Shown: piece after piece, positions 1 through 10,077 of the stretch
How positions within the stretch are numbered: position 1 is the stretch's first letter
Layout: each line of letters begins with the position of its first letter
The notes under the pieces: model-generated
The model's database searches: none
What the model saw: the letters and a program-made list of their open reading frames with translations, nothing else
What the model was told of the DNA's origin: nothing
Translations under genes and position numbers: made by a program
Source of the DNA: a virus
Virus record (IMG/VR): IMGVR_UViG_3300028608_000012
Location: 13,792 to 77,791 of that record
Reading direction: 5' to 3' (one strand)
DNA length: 64,000 bases

Positions 1-182
1 TCTACCAAGAAGAAGTTATGAACCTTAATGGTGTCCCAGGTTTCCCTGCGGATCTGCCACTTGGTGATCAGGGAGCTGCTGTAGAACTTCTCAATGTCTC
101 GTGCCAGTGCGCCGTATGAAACTCCTGTGATGTGTACAAAGACCCCAGTTTGCTTTACAGCAACTGAAAATAAGTTAAACAT
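1..182 (-). CDS. 5' part of a gene running off the window (MFNLFSVAVKQTGVFVHITG...); possibly the phiKZ-type SNF2/DEAD-like helicase
   Basis: ATG at 182 preceded by GGAGG; frame open to the window edge; product is a weak recollection only. Confidence 0.5.
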   Translation of the reverse strand, partial: MFNLFSVAVKQTGVFVHITGVSYGALARDIEKFYSSSLITKWQIRRETWDTIKVHNFFLV

Positions 183-220
183 GAACTGCCTCCGATGGCA
201 CCCATTTAAAAAGAGGGAAA

Positions 221-1813
221 GTGATGAGCGAAGAAAAGAAAGCAGGACCGGCTGGCAGTGTTGCTATTAAAAGCTTGCTGGAGAATCCAGTTGACTTCTC
301 TCAACAGTCGGTTGAGCTGGCCGGCTACGTCGCGCCTACCTACGAAAACGGTGTGGCCAATGGTTTCGTAGGTGCCGACGAAGAATGGAACGAACTGGTA
401 GCCAAGACTCGCGCAGAAGCGCCTAAAGAAGGTTACATCGAGCAGATGGTTGTTGAAACCCACACCCCAGAAAGCACCATGGAACTGCTGAAAGAAATGA
501 CCACTCCAAAAGAAGGCGAAGATACCGCCGCGATTAAAGTTGGTCAGGTGGAAAGCTTTGCCAGCAGCACCAAAGAAGCCAATCTTGCCGCAAAGATCGC
601 CAGCGCGTTGCACTCGCTGCCTCAGATCTTCCCCATGACCGATCGCGGTATGACCCAACCAACACCAGGCTGGGTGAAGTCGCTGCTCAAGTTCTATCAA
701 CTGGCGGTTACCGACATCCCCGTCACCAAGGTAGAAGTGGATCCTTCTGCTGGCGGTGTGATGTATCCGGCTGACCTGCGCATCTTCCGTTATGCCGGTA
801 TGGACGGTGATCAGGAAGTTACCTGGTTCCGGTTCCAAGTGGGTGAGCAATCGCGGTCGTTTGTTGTGTTGTCCAAAGACGTACCTACATTCCTCGGTCA
901 GATGACTGAAGAAGATCCAATGGTGTGGACCCATAAACGACGCCATTCGGAGAAGGGCTTCTTCCTGAATGTGACCCAGGCACCTATAGAGTTGCCGTTG
1001 AGCTTCTTCCCAATGGAGTTCAGTAAAGGTCCGCTGGATGACCTGTTCGATGGTGACTTCACCGTGGTGCGTGATGTCATTGAACGCCTGAACGAAGACC
1101 TCCGTGGCCGTCTGTCGGAACTCAACCGCTTCGCCATGAAACTGGCCGACCAGATCAAGGAAAAGGACCACGACCTCTACCTGAGCTTCAAGGGCGTCAA
1201 CGGCCTGAAGGCGATGAACGTTGCGCTGGATCGTGTCTATCCAAAGCTGCCTGAATCCGGTGAGATCGTTCTGGGTGATGAGCCGATCAACATCTTCGAG
1301 TGGGCTGACTACAGCAAAGTTGTTCAGGTCAACATCAAGCGGCTCAGCCACGGCACTCGCCAGATCAACCGCATGTTCGAACGTTACCGTGCGATGATCA
1401 ATCCACATCCAGCTATCCAGGAGATCTTTGATACCAACCTCAAAGAACAACTGATGGCTTCCAGTCACTTCCTCAACCGTGTGTATGGTTTCTCGCCTAC
1501 CTACGGTGTGAAGTACATGGAAGAAGTGGCCAACGAAGTGATCGGCAAGCTGAACGCTCACGGCGGTGCTATCGGTCTGGACCTGAATGAGTGGGTCGTT
1601 TACGAGTACCACGAAGAAGGTCGTCCTACTCCAATCGAAAGTGAAGAGCTGGACTTCAAGAAGCAGATCCTCAACAGCTACACACAGAGCTTCGTAGACG
1701 CCATCTACGGCTACCTGCTCGACGTACAGAACCCGTACATCAAACCGTACACCTACCGTGAAGTAGTGGAAGGTGACGACGGTATTGAAGTAGGTTCGAT
1801 CCGTCAGGTGTAA
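221..1813 (+). CDS. Hypothetical protein, probable virion/head protein (530 aa)
   Basis: Long ORF with strong phage codon bias; acidic N-terminus resembling a propeptide; hairpin follows the stop. Confidence 0.7.
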   Translation: MMSEEKKAGPAGSVAIKSLLENPVDFSQQSVELAGYVAPTYENGVANGFVGADEEWNELVAKTRAEAPKEGYIEQMVVETHTPESTMELLKEMTTPKEGEDTAAIKVGQVESFASSTKEANLAAKIASALHSLPQIFPMTDRGMTQPTPGWVKSLLKFYQLAVTDIPVTKVEVDPSAGGVMYPADLRIFRYAGMDGDQEVTWFRFQVGEQSRSFVVLSKDVPTFLGQMTEEDPMVWTHKRRHSEKGFFLNVTQAPIELPLSFFPMEFSKGPLDDLFDGDFTVVRDVIERLNEDLRGRLSELNRFAMKLADQIKEKDHDLYLSFKGVNGLKAMNVALDRVYPKLPESGEIVLGDEPINIFEWADYSKVVQVNIKRLSHGTRQINRMFERYRAMINPHPAIQEIFDTNLKEQLMASSHFLNRVYGFSPTYGVKYMEEVANEVIGKLNAHGGAIGLDLNEWVVYEYHEEGRPTPIESEELDFKKQILNSYTQSFVDAIYGYLLDVQNPYIKPYTYREVVEGDDGIEVGSIRQV

Positions 1814-1825
1814 AGACCACGACTA

Positions 1826-1857
1826 CCTCTAACAGCCCTTGTGGGGGCTGTTAGAGG
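1826..1857. terminator. Bidirectional hairpin between convergent genes
   Basis: CCTCTAACAGCC...GGCTGTTAGAGG, perfect 12-bp inverted repeat. Confidence 0.8.
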
Positions 1858-1870
1858 CGTTATGGCTGCA

Positions 1871-2635
1871 TCAGGTTGGAACTGGTATTGGCGGTAAGCT
1901 TGCTGCCACCAATGCAGCGTTAGCCTCTAGGAGTGCTGCTTTCATTGCGGCGGTTTTAGCTTTCTCTGTGACGACGTTAGCCTTCTCAGTAGTCAGCTCT
2001 GCCTTGGTCTGTATCAGGTCAGCTTCCAGTTTAGCGATGTACGCATCCTTGGAAGCCACCTTAAGAGTCAAGGCTCTGTTCTTCGCCACGTCGTTGCTAG
2101 TGTCGGTGATCAGGCCCTTACGTGTATTCTCATACGCGGTAGCTTGAGCCTGGCTCACATACCCAACCGTTGGAACGGTACCCAGCCTGACCACTGAGGA
2201 GATCCCCAGAGTAGCTTGGATGTACTGCTTGGTGTGATCCAGCACCTGTTCCATTGCTTGCGCCATGGATGGCGGTACAGGACCCAGGTCAGCAATCATG
2301 CACATGCGTTCGTACGACACACCATCTACCAACGGGAACGAAGTCAGATAGGTGGTCGGTACGTAAACAGGAAGCCCATTACGATCCAGCAAAGCACAGA
2401 TGATCGCACCAGCATCTCTTGCGCGTTTAAGCACTACTGGAAAGTCTTCAGGTGTAACCCCAACTGGTGCAAACACCAGCGTGTAAAGATCCAGCTTAGC
2501 CCCTTCCATCTCGTGGATGGTTCGAGTGGCCTCTACCGTATAAAAGGTAGACTGGTTTACAATCTGGTCAAATGGAGCAGCAGCTTCGAAACGCCCCGCC
2601 GCATTAATAGCGGGGATCATGTTTTGATCAGCCAT
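1871..2635 (-). CDS. Hypothetical protein with C-terminal coiled coil (254 aa)
   Basis: ORF abuts the upstream gene; heptad-like C-terminus. Confidence 0.75.
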   Translation of the reverse strand: MADQNMIPAINAAGRFEAAAPFDQIVNQSTFYTVEATRTIHEMEGAKLDLYTLVFAPVGVTPEDFPVVLKRARDAGAIICALLDRNGLPVYVPTTYLTSFPLVDGVSYERMCMIADLGPVPPSMAQAMEQVLDHTKQYIQATLGISSVVRLGTVPTVGYVSQAQATAYENTRKGLITDTSNDVAKNRALTLKVASKDAYIAKLEADLIQTKAELTTEKANVVTEKAKTAAMKAALLEANAALVAASLPPIPVPT

Positions 2636-2637
2636 GA

Positions 2638-3984
2638 TTATTCTTCCACTACGCCGTCAGTCAGCATTTGATACTTCGTCAGCACCAGGATTTTAACCTT
2701 ACCAACACGCTTTGCAACGTAGGTCTGGCCGAAGCGTTCAACACGGGTGATACCTTGAGGCGGCAGGCTGATAGGGGTTACCGTTTCAGCAGCAGCCAAC
2801 AGACCTTCCATCTCACGGACGAACTCCATGGTCACACCATTCATCAGATCGAAATCCGTGTCGAGTGGCGAGATCAGGGAATAGTCAGGGAACAACGCCG
2901 TGATCTTTTCCATGCCTTCACGGTTGTTCAGCTTAGCCACAAAGGCACAGTTGAGCGACTTGTAAAGGAAGGGAACTTCCTGCATCGATTTTATGACGTG
3001 TGCCGGCGTCATGTTCGGTGTTAGGTAGCGGTCAACCAGCGCCATCATGGTTTCACGATCGGTGATTGGCGAGTACTGCTTAGCGCCGTTGGTCTTGTTT
3101 GTCAGGCCATAGCGGTCGAAGTTCGGGATGACGTAGAACTCGAGCGGGTTGAACAGGTCTGGGATCTTCTCTTCCCAACGCGGTCGACCGAACTCGGAGT
3201 TGTCGAGGATTTCTTGTTGCAGTTGATCGAACAGCTGATCTTCCGCATCCTGACCGTTACCCCACCAGATGAAGGTCCAGCTACCGATGTTTACATTCGG
3301 GGTGTTGATGAGGTCCACGATTGGGAACTCAAGAACATCACGGTCGGTATAGGGCCATGCACTTTGGTTGTTCAGGGTCTTCAGGCGATCTTCGATAACC
3401 TTCGGAGTTTCCAGCGCCAGCCGAGCAGCAATCTGCTGGTAGTTGGCGTTCATCAGGAAATCCATTTCCCCTAAAGGAAGCGGATGTACTGCGGTGAACT
3501 TCACACGTGGAAACTGATCCTGGAAGTAGGCGTCAGCAAACCAGAGGTAGAACTCTTGTTTCTCGCCACCAGCTACAATGTGATTACCGTGCACAAAGCT
3601 CGGGAGCCAGATCGCATTGTTGGTTGCCATTTCGCCGATGTCGGTAATTTCGATATCGTTCGAGAAGTTGGCTTGCAACAGGGCCAGTGTGTTGGGACGG
3701 CTGCTGGTGATGTTACCGAGTTTGGCTTGGGCATAAAGCCAGTCACCCATGCCAATTTGGCGTAAGGCAATTGTGGTCGACATCTTGACTTCGACGTTAT
3801 CCGTAGTCGTCAGGAAGTTAACCAGTTCGGTAACTGTAGCACCGTCTGTTTTTGTAAAGGTCCCAGGGTCACGTTGGTAACTTCTGGATTTATTAGAAAG
3901 CTCTCCCAAAGGAGCGGCATTCTCTGGATTGTTGTTATAAAGTGGTGATATACTACCGAAAGACAAATACCTTGTAACGCTCAT
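2638..3984 (-). CDS. Putative virion structural protein (phiKZ gp157-like by position)
   Basis: ~448-aa ORF; RBS before ATG 3984; position near the RNase H-like gene. Confidence 0.65.
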   Translation of the reverse strand: MSVTRYLSFGSISPLYNNNPENAAPLGELSNKSRSYQRDPGTFTKTDGATVTELVNFLTTTDNVEVKMSTTIALRQIGMGDWLYAQAKLGNITSSRPNTLALLQANFSNDIEITDIGEMATNNAIWLPSFVHGNHIVAGGEKQEFYLWFADAYFQDQFPRVKFTAVHPLPLGEMDFLMNANYQQIAARLALETPKVIEDRLKTLNNQSAWPYTDRDVLEFPIVDLINTPNVNIGSWTFIWWGNGQDAEDQLFDQLQQEILDNSEFGRPRWEEKIPDLFNPLEFYVIPNFDRYGLTNKTNGAKQYSPITDRETMMALVDRYLTPNMTPAHVIKSMQEVPFLYKSLNCAFVAKLNNREGMEKITALFPDYSLISPLDTDFDLMNGVTMEFVREMEGLLAAAETVTPISLPPQGITRVERFGQTYVAKRVGKVKILVLTKYQMLTDGVVEE

Positions 3985-4014
3985 AACTCTCACCTCTTCA
4001 GTAAGGATGGTCCC

Positions 4015-4467
4015 ATGTTAGCGGTCTTTAGAGAGCTAACCAACAGATCTATAGAATTTGTCCTCTCGTTGACAAAGGGTGAAACGCTTGAAGAGCAATT
4101 GACGTCTGCCTTAAAGACTCTGATCTTCGGGATAACAGTCCTTATGTTTGTGGTGACCAGTCTTGCGATTGCGAACTTCAACATGCGTACTGAACTCGTG
4201 GACATGGAGTCGGGGATATCTAAAGTAAACCTTTTGTTCGATGGGGATAACGGCGGACCTATCAAAGGGTTCATCAGAATCAACGACATGCTGGCAGGTC
4301 AGAACGTGGCCTTAAAGCAAGAAAACATCCTGTTCCTCAAGACCAACACTCGTCTGTTTGAGCAAAACCATTGGTTGCGTTTGCAGTTGCTCCAAACGCT
4401 CGACGAGAACGAAATCTTGCGTAAAAACAACAAAGCGCTGATTGATCTCGTCCCTCGTAAACGGTGA
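4015..4467 (+). CDS. Membrane-anchored coiled-coil protein (150 aa)
   Basis: Hydrophobic segment LIFGITVLMFVVTSLAIA followed by a heptad-rich region; AAGGA RBS. Confidence 0.7.
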   Translation: MLAVFRELTNRSIEFVLSLTKGETLEEQLTSALKTLIFGITVLMFVVTSLAIANFNMRTELVDMESGISKVNLLFDGDNGGPIKGFIRINDMLAGQNVALKQENILFLKTNTRLFEQNHWLRLQLLQTLDENEILRKNNKALIDLVPRKR

Positions 4468-4527
4468 TATGTTTCTTCACCCTGGAACCCATTAATGTGT
4501 AACTACACCTCTTAAGGGCACATCACA

Positions 4528-6045
4528 ATGGACGAAATCATTCCGACGGTAAACATGGTCGTTTATCTCATCGCTAATGCCTTAGAACCCAAGGAAGGAC
4601 GTCGTAAACATCATTACTACTTGGGTGGCCATGGTTATACTTATGATGTCAAGGAAGAAGGCAAAAAGAAACTGGCCAAAGACGTAGCCACCTCAACCGG
4701 CTATTACACCGGCAACAAACAAAAACCAAACACGGTCGTGGTGGTACAGGATATCGTTAGTCTGACAGTGCCTAATGCGCACAGTTTGATTGACAGCTTG
4801 ATGAAGGGATTCTTGGAGGTTCTTAAAGTAGCAAACGAACGTGGTCAAAAGAACCTGTGGATCATCACTCCCCACAAGGAACTGGAAGCCATCAGTAAGC
4901 TGCAAGAGCCCGCTTGGAAAGTTGTATCGGGTCAAGATGTGAAAGTAGGTAAACACATCCTGACTCCGGAAGAAGTAAAGACTGGTTTGGAAATCTATCA
5001 ACAGCTGGAGATTCTTAGAGCCAACAAGGAACGTAAGTTGTTCTTTGATCTTCCAGGGGCTGCTGAAGGCGGTCTGGGTAACCGACTCGCCCACAAGCAG
5101 ATGGAAATCGCTGAGATTTCAAGTGTCTGGGGTCATGAGCAGAAGCCTGATGTTTCGGTTATGTCTCGTAAGGAATACGAGAACCCAGAGACAGATTTTA
5201 ACAAGATGGTCGATGCCACTCGTTGGTACTTCGAAACCGGTAATCGGTCGAAGTTCTACGATCTGTTGCATGGGTACCGGGTCTACAGTTTCGGTAAAGT
5301 AGAACCCGACAAGAACTACTACGGCAAAATCACTCCTGACGTCACGTACTCGAAGTTGTACAGCTTGGAACCAATCACGTTGTTGGACAAGATGTATGAG
5401 TTTACCGCGAAGAAGATTGCTAACCCAGACGGGTATCTTTCAGCGGGAACACTTAACAACCTCACGGGCAAAGACGTTGCGCGTATGCTGGACGGGATTC
5501 CTGCTGTTAAGGACAACAACGACCTGGTATCACCTGTTACCAAAGGCAATGGCAAACCGGTACTGATCGAACTGATCTCGCCTGTATTGATGTCGTATCG
5601 TATTCGTGAGTTCTTGGACACCATGGACATCGTGTTGGAATCGTTCCTTAAAAAGGACGAGAGCAATGTTTTTGGTCACACCAAGTTCTATGACATCACG
5701 GATCAGATCTTCGTTAAGGAAGCCAATACCAAGGGTGTTGTCAAGTTGAAGTTACATCCCGAGTTTAACCAACTCAAGACGGCATTCAAGATACCGGTAG
5801 AGCACCGCAATGCGGTTAAGCCCGTACCGATCATGCTGTCGATTGGTTATGACATTCCAGGGCGTAATGCGTTTAACTCGATTGATGATCCTGATGTAGA
5901 AGTGTGGGTGGCTGTTGATACCCGTAACGAGCAAGGTATGCGTTACTGCACGCTGGTGAAGACTAAGGACTTCATCTACGTGCACACTGCGGCAGGGGCA
6001 AATCTTCGTGTGTTGTCAGAAGCAGAGCTGGGTAGAAAGTCATAA
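4528..6045 (+). CDS. RNase H-like protein (phiKZ gp155 family); catalytic residues appear degenerate
   Basis: GHGYTY and GLGNRLAH motifs; position near uvsX. Confidence 0.65.
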   Translation: MDEIIPTVNMVVYLIANALEPKEGRRKHHYYLGGHGYTYDVKEEGKKKLAKDVATSTGYYTGNKQKPNTVVVVQDIVSLTVPNAHSLIDSLMKGFLEVLKVANERGQKNLWIITPHKELEAISKLQEPAWKVVSGQDVKVGKHILTPEEVKTGLEIYQQLEILRANKERKLFFDLPGAAEGGLGNRLAHKQMEIAEISSVWGHEQKPDVSVMSRKEYENPETDFNKMVDATRWYFETGNRSKFYDLLHGYRVYSFGKVEPDKNYYGKITPDVTYSKLYSLEPITLLDKMYEFTAKKIANPDGYLSAGTLNNLTGKDVARMLDGIPAVKDNNDLVSPVTKGNGKPVLIELISPVLMSYRIREFLDTMDIVLESFLKKDESNVFGHTKFYDITDQIFVKEANTKGVVKLKLHPEFNQLKTAFKIPVEHRNAVKPVPIMLSIGYDIPGRNAFNSIDDPDVEVWVAVDTRNEQGMRYCTLVKTKDFIYVHTAAGANLRVLSEAELGRKS

Positions 6046-6054
6046 GCAATTATA

Positions 6055-6090
6055 CTAACTACAGGAGCCCCGTAAGGCTCCTGTAGTTAG
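6055..6090. terminator. Bidirectional hairpin between convergent genes
   Basis: CTAACTACAGGAGCC...GGCTCCTGTAGTTAG, 15-bp inverted repeat. Confidence 0.85.
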
Positions 6091-6105
6091 GTTTATGGCT
6101 GCTTG

Positions 6106-6927
6106 TTACTTCAGGTCGGCCAACGTCTTGACTTGTTCGTTGAACACCGCTGTGAGGTCGTTCAGGAGCACCAGGACTGCACCCGACAGGTTCACCAGAC
6201 CAACAAACTTGTTGACGATGGTTTCGATGTCGTCGATACCCTGTTCACCGATCACCAGTTCGTTCGACTGGATCTTGTGTACCAGCAGTTGACCGAGTTC
6301 GTAAACGTTGGTCAGCTCTTTGGCCAGCAGTTCAACGTCACGCGCCCCCAGAGTCTGCACGGTGTTGTTGAAGGTATCAACGCAGGCGAAGAACTCGTCC
6401 CAGTTGAAATACACCTGGCCGATGGAGAACTTCAGTTTACGGCTACCGCTAGGCAGTTGACGCACGAAGTTTTCGGTCTTGCTCAGTGCGGTATCGAAGT
6501 CACGAATGCTCCAGTTGAAGCTGCGGTCGATACGGCCGTTACGAATGACTTGCTTCAGCCAATCATATAGTCTCGACGCCTCGGTTTTCAAACTGCACAC
6601 GATGTAGATGCCATCGGTTACAGCTTTGGTGTGTGCCATCATGTTACCCATGCCAGCTGCGAAGCCTTCTGGGGTCAGGATTTCAACACCGGTGTTCTTA
6701 ACGTACAACACTTTGTTGCCGACGAGGTTGTGTTTTGCAGCTGAGGCATCCACTTTGTGGATAGAGCGGCTCAGCACCGCCATGCGGCTGTCGATCGAGG
6801 TAGTGAACTCTTTAAAGAACAGCTTAAAGTTTTCACCGATGCTCAGAGCTTCGAAGCCCTGAACAGTAAATGGCTCTGGCTTTTGGACCAGTGCCAGGTA
6901 GTTTGGAGTATCGGTAGATTGTTCCAT
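6106..6927 (-). CDS. Putative virion head protein (phiKZ gp153-like by position)
   Basis: Likely start ATG 6927 with GAGG; G-F-E|A motif near the N-terminus resembles a prohead-protease site. Confidence 0.65.
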   Translation of the reverse strand: MEQSTDTPNYLALVQKPEPFTVQGFEALSIGENFKLFFKEFTTSIDSRMAVLSRSIHKVDASAAKHNLVGNKVLYVKNTGVEILTPEGFAAGMGNMMAHTKAVTDGIYIVCSLKTEASRLYDWLKQVIRNGRIDRSFNWSIRDFDTALSKTENFVRQLPSGSRKLKFSIGQVYFNWDEFFACVDTFNNTVQTLGARDVELLAKELTNVYELGQLLVHKIQSNELVIGEQGIDDIETIVNKFVGLVNLSGAVLVLLNDLTAVFNEQVKTLADLK

Positions 6928-7029
6928 TACTGACCTCTGTATTGATATAGTTTGGGGGAGGGCAGTTGCCCAGTAATAATTGGGCGGGTGGCCCTGGATT
7001 GAATTCATAAAATTATCAGGAAGGTAGCA

Positions 7030-8523
7030 ATGTCGAGTACAAGTCCGTTTTCTTTTGTTGAATCGATCAAGTCATCTGATTCGGTGATTCCAGCTTATAA
7101 CGTATCGCCGATTAACGACATGGTTAACGGCGAGCACGTGATCGGCCCAGGCGGCGTTACTTACCTTAACGGCGGCGCCTGTCGTAACAACGCGGTGTGT
7201 GGCGGTAACAACACGCAGAAGACCGGTGAAGCCGCGCTGCAAATCGTACGCATGTTGTTCCGTATCCCGACGTCGGTTGCTTTCGTCATGGATATCGAGG
7301 CCACGTTGTCGGTTAAGCGTATGGCAGACATGTATGACCGGGAATGTGGGATTCCGGGCTACTTCAACGAACACGTTCTCAACAAGCGCTTCTTCTACTT
7401 CAACCGTAACGACCATAAAGCTAACCCTTTCGGCCGTCATGATCCGAAGGCAGAGATCGCTGGCGTTGATGGTACTTGGGTGCATAACTTCTTCAAAGAC
7501 CTGAACGTCAAGGTTAAAGAAGACATCAAGGCCAAGAAAGACATTTACATCACCACGCCGTACCTCGGTAACGATGGCTTGCCAATCAAGCTGATCACTC
7601 CGATCATTACCTTTGTGGACTCGATCTCCGAGATGCACTTCCACAAGGTATCGGCACACTTCCAAGACGGCGACGTCGACGAGGGTGGCGAGAAGCGTAC
7701 CCGTGACATGGCCATCGGCAACATGAAGCGCATCGTCTATGAAGACGCTGACGTACTCGGTGGCGAAGTCGGCTGTGTGCAGTTCTGGACCGCTCAGGTT
7801 GTTGACACCATCAACATGTCCGGTCGCCCCCAGGAAAAGGAATCGGTCTTCATCCGTCCTGGTAAGAAACTCAAGGGGCCGAAGTCTCTGATGCGTATCC
7901 CGCAAGTAGGCTGGGAGATCATCAAAGGTTCCGCTCTGAAAAACGGCCAGGAATGGCTATACCCTAACCCTTATGGACGCGACATTGTTCTCGATGCAGA
8001 CGCTAAAGAAAACCCAGACCTTTTGTTTTACCCATTTACTGCCTATCGTAACAAGAGTGGCTCTAGTGGTGGCAGTTTCTTCTTTATTGGTTCCCAAAGT
8101 CTAGGGATTCAAGAAGGCTTGACCATGTATCATGCTATGAAAACCAACGGCATGTTCGGTCTTGAAGGCTCGGCGATCAGCCACGCCTGCGTTCTGTACC
8201 CGGAATGTAAACTGGGACGTACCACCATCTGGGAGAAGACTCTCACCGATGCCAAGTTGGAACGCGCCCTGACCATCTGCTACCAGATGCTGCACATGCA
8301 GTCCTTCTGGCTGGATACACCGAAGCGTTACCGCATCACCCCTCAAGAACTGTACACCAAGATCAAGGAGCAGGGGATCAGTTGGGACGACATTCTGGAA
8401 AACACCGTGTACTACTGGCACACGAACCCAGAGATCAAGAAGCACACCGTCTCCACCATGGAGCTGTTGAAGATCGCCATCGGCGAACGTAAGCCGTACT
8501 GGCTGGAAGCTGCTAAGAAATAA
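7030..8523 (+). CDS. uvsX: UvsX/RecA-like recombinase (phiKZ gp152 family)
   Basis: Variant Walker A GGNNTQKTG, MDIE motif, Walker B ITFVDSISE; gene order. Confidence 0.8.
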   Translation: MSSTSPFSFVESIKSSDSVIPAYNVSPINDMVNGEHVIGPGGVTYLNGGACRNNAVCGGNNTQKTGEAALQIVRMLFRIPTSVAFVMDIEATLSVKRMADMYDRECGIPGYFNEHVLNKRFFYFNRNDHKANPFGRHDPKAEIAGVDGTWVHNFFKDLNVKVKEDIKAKKDIYITTPYLGNDGLPIKLITPIITFVDSISEMHFHKVSAHFQDGDVDEGGEKRTRDMAIGNMKRIVYEDADVLGGEVGCVQFWTAQVVDTINMSGRPQEKESVFIRPGKKLKGPKSLMRIPQVGWEIIKGSALKNGQEWLYPNPYGRDIVLDADAKENPDLLFYPFTAYRNKSGSSGGSFFFIGSQSLGIQEGLTMYHAMKTNGMFGLEGSAISHACVLYPECKLGRTTIWEKTLTDAKLERALTICYQMLHMQSFWLDTPKRYRITPQELYTKIKEQGISWDDILENTVYYWHTNPEIKKHTVSTMELLKIAIGERKPYWLEAAKK

Positions 8524-8576
8524 GCAGCATTTGTATAGGGGACCCAAACCATCGGGTCCCTTTCACTATTAGGGGA

Positions 8577-8960
8577 ATGCAGGCAATGGACAATACCGAA
8601 CAATGTGGAAACGTCGTGTTAGTGGTTGCCGACAGTAATTTTATCAACCTCTGTGCAGACCCTTTCGCTTATATGGCTCGCTTAAAGGCCAAGCTGTCTG
8701 AACGCTCTGCCCAAGGCCTTACCATGTTCACTGTTTCTGGTAAGTTCGGCGTGGGCAACATCGACGACACCATCGGGGTGATTCCGGTCGATGACAAGAA
8801 CAAAACGGTGTTTGGTCAAACGCTGGAAAACGTCACCATGCTGTTCGACCAACTGGTCACGATCACCATCACTCAAAACGATCCCTTCCTCTCGATGGCA
8901 TGTGAGGTGGTGACCAACGCCAACAAGCCTTATACCAAGTACGGTTATCAGAGGAAGTAA
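8577..8960 (+). CDS. Hypothetical protein, possibly a degenerate SLOG/YspA-like fold
   Basis: Pattern VVLVVADSNF...TVSGKFG...FDQLVTI...KPY; next to uvsX. Confidence 0.55.
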   Translation: MQAMDNTEQCGNVVLVVADSNFINLCADPFAYMARLKAKLSERSAQGLTMFTVSGKFGVGNIDDTIGVIPVDDKNKTVFGQTLENVTMLFDQLVTITITQNDPFLSMACEVVTNANKPYTKYGYQRK

Positions 8961-8962
8961 TC

Positions 8963-9643
8963 ATGGCGAAGAACCGTAAAGGTTTTGAAGACTTTATCCT
9001 GACCTTTATGGGTAAAGTTACGAAGGGTGGAGGCAACCGGATCATTTATGAACGGTTGTTCAAAGCCATGAATGACAAACAGTTTGAAGAGTTCATGGTC
9101 AAACTGGAAGAGATTGAAGTGCTGGCCATCTGGGGCAGTAACAACGATCCGAATGAAATGATCGACTGGGAGAACCTCAAGAAGCTCGCAAAGGAGTATG
9201 GGGTCTCCCTGGAACAAAAGCTCGTGATCTACGACGAGGAGACGGGCATCAAGTCGATGACTCCGTACACCGCGATTGTGGGTACCGATGTGCTGCGTAA
9301 GCAACGTCAGATGTGGGTAAAAAAGTTCTCCGCTGCCAAAGACGACACAGCCATCGACGACCTTACAGGGCAGGTCATGGGTGACAGCCGTTCGACTGGT
9401 ATCAGCCAACCCGAGATTACCGTGTTGCGTAACCTTGGGTTGACCACGATGGCCAACGAACTGTACAACGTCAAGGGTGGTGATCAGCAAGCTCTGCGTG
9501 CGTACAAGAACGATATCCTCACTACGGGTAAAACCAACACCAACTCCAGCTTGGCTCGGGGTGATATTGCCAAGGTGTTGAAAACCGCACACTATCTGTT
9601 GCGGGCTCGTGGTATCGACAACAACATGAATAGCAGGGCGTAA
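8963..9643 (+). CDS. Virion RNA polymerase beta subunit, C-terminal fragment (phiKZ gp149-like)
   Basis: DDLTGQVMG..SR...ISQPE...ELYNVKGGD resembles the beta C-terminal TxQP..G..E..L..KSDD region. Confidence 0.8.
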   Translation: MAKNRKGFEDFILTFMGKVTKGGGNRIIYERLFKAMNDKQFEEFMVKLEEIEVLAIWGSNNDPNEMIDWENLKKLAKEYGVSLEQKLVIYDEETGIKSMTPYTAIVGTDVLRKQRQMWVKKFSAAKDDTAIDDLTGQVMGDSRSTGISQPEITVLRNLGLTTMANELYNVKGGDQQALRAYKNDILTTGKTNTNSSLARGDIAKVLKTAHYLLRARGIDNNMNSRA

Positions 9644-9645
9644 GT

Positions 9646-10077
9646 ATGGATGACATGAATGACCTGTTGCACCTTAAAGCGGTGATCAACAACGCCCTGA
9701 TTGACCTCCAGGCTGATACACGCCCTGATCTGAAGATTCCCCTGTCCGGTATCTTCCTGACTCCGCTGATTCGCTTTGGCGAGGGCTACGACGTCTTTAA
9801 CCGTGGCATTGGTATGTCTGGTGCGGCGTATGACAGCTGGATCAACTACCAGATGCAGGTACTGACGGATCTGGGTGTGGCTCGTGAGAAGCTGATCGAT
9901 AACTTCGAGAAGCTACTGGATAGCGTGATCGGCGGTACACCTGGCGGTGAAGTGGCTCAGCGGCATGACGACCATAAGGCGTTGTCTTACCTCGTGTTGT
10001 TGGCCACTCGTGTCTACGGCGATGCCATGCGTCTTGCGGTGGAGCCTGAGCCTGAGAAGAAGGAAGATAAGAAATGA
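9646..10077 (+). CDS. Hypothetical protein (143 aa)
   Basis: Operonic ORF; ATGA overlap with the next gene. Confidence 0.75.
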   Translation: MDDMNDLLHLKAVINNALIDLQADTRPDLKIPLSGIFLTPLIRFGEGYDVFNRGIGMSGAAYDSWINYQMQVLTDLGVAREKLIDNFEKLLDSVIGGTPGGEVAQRHDDHKALSYLVLLATRVYGDAMRLAVEPEPEKKEDKK

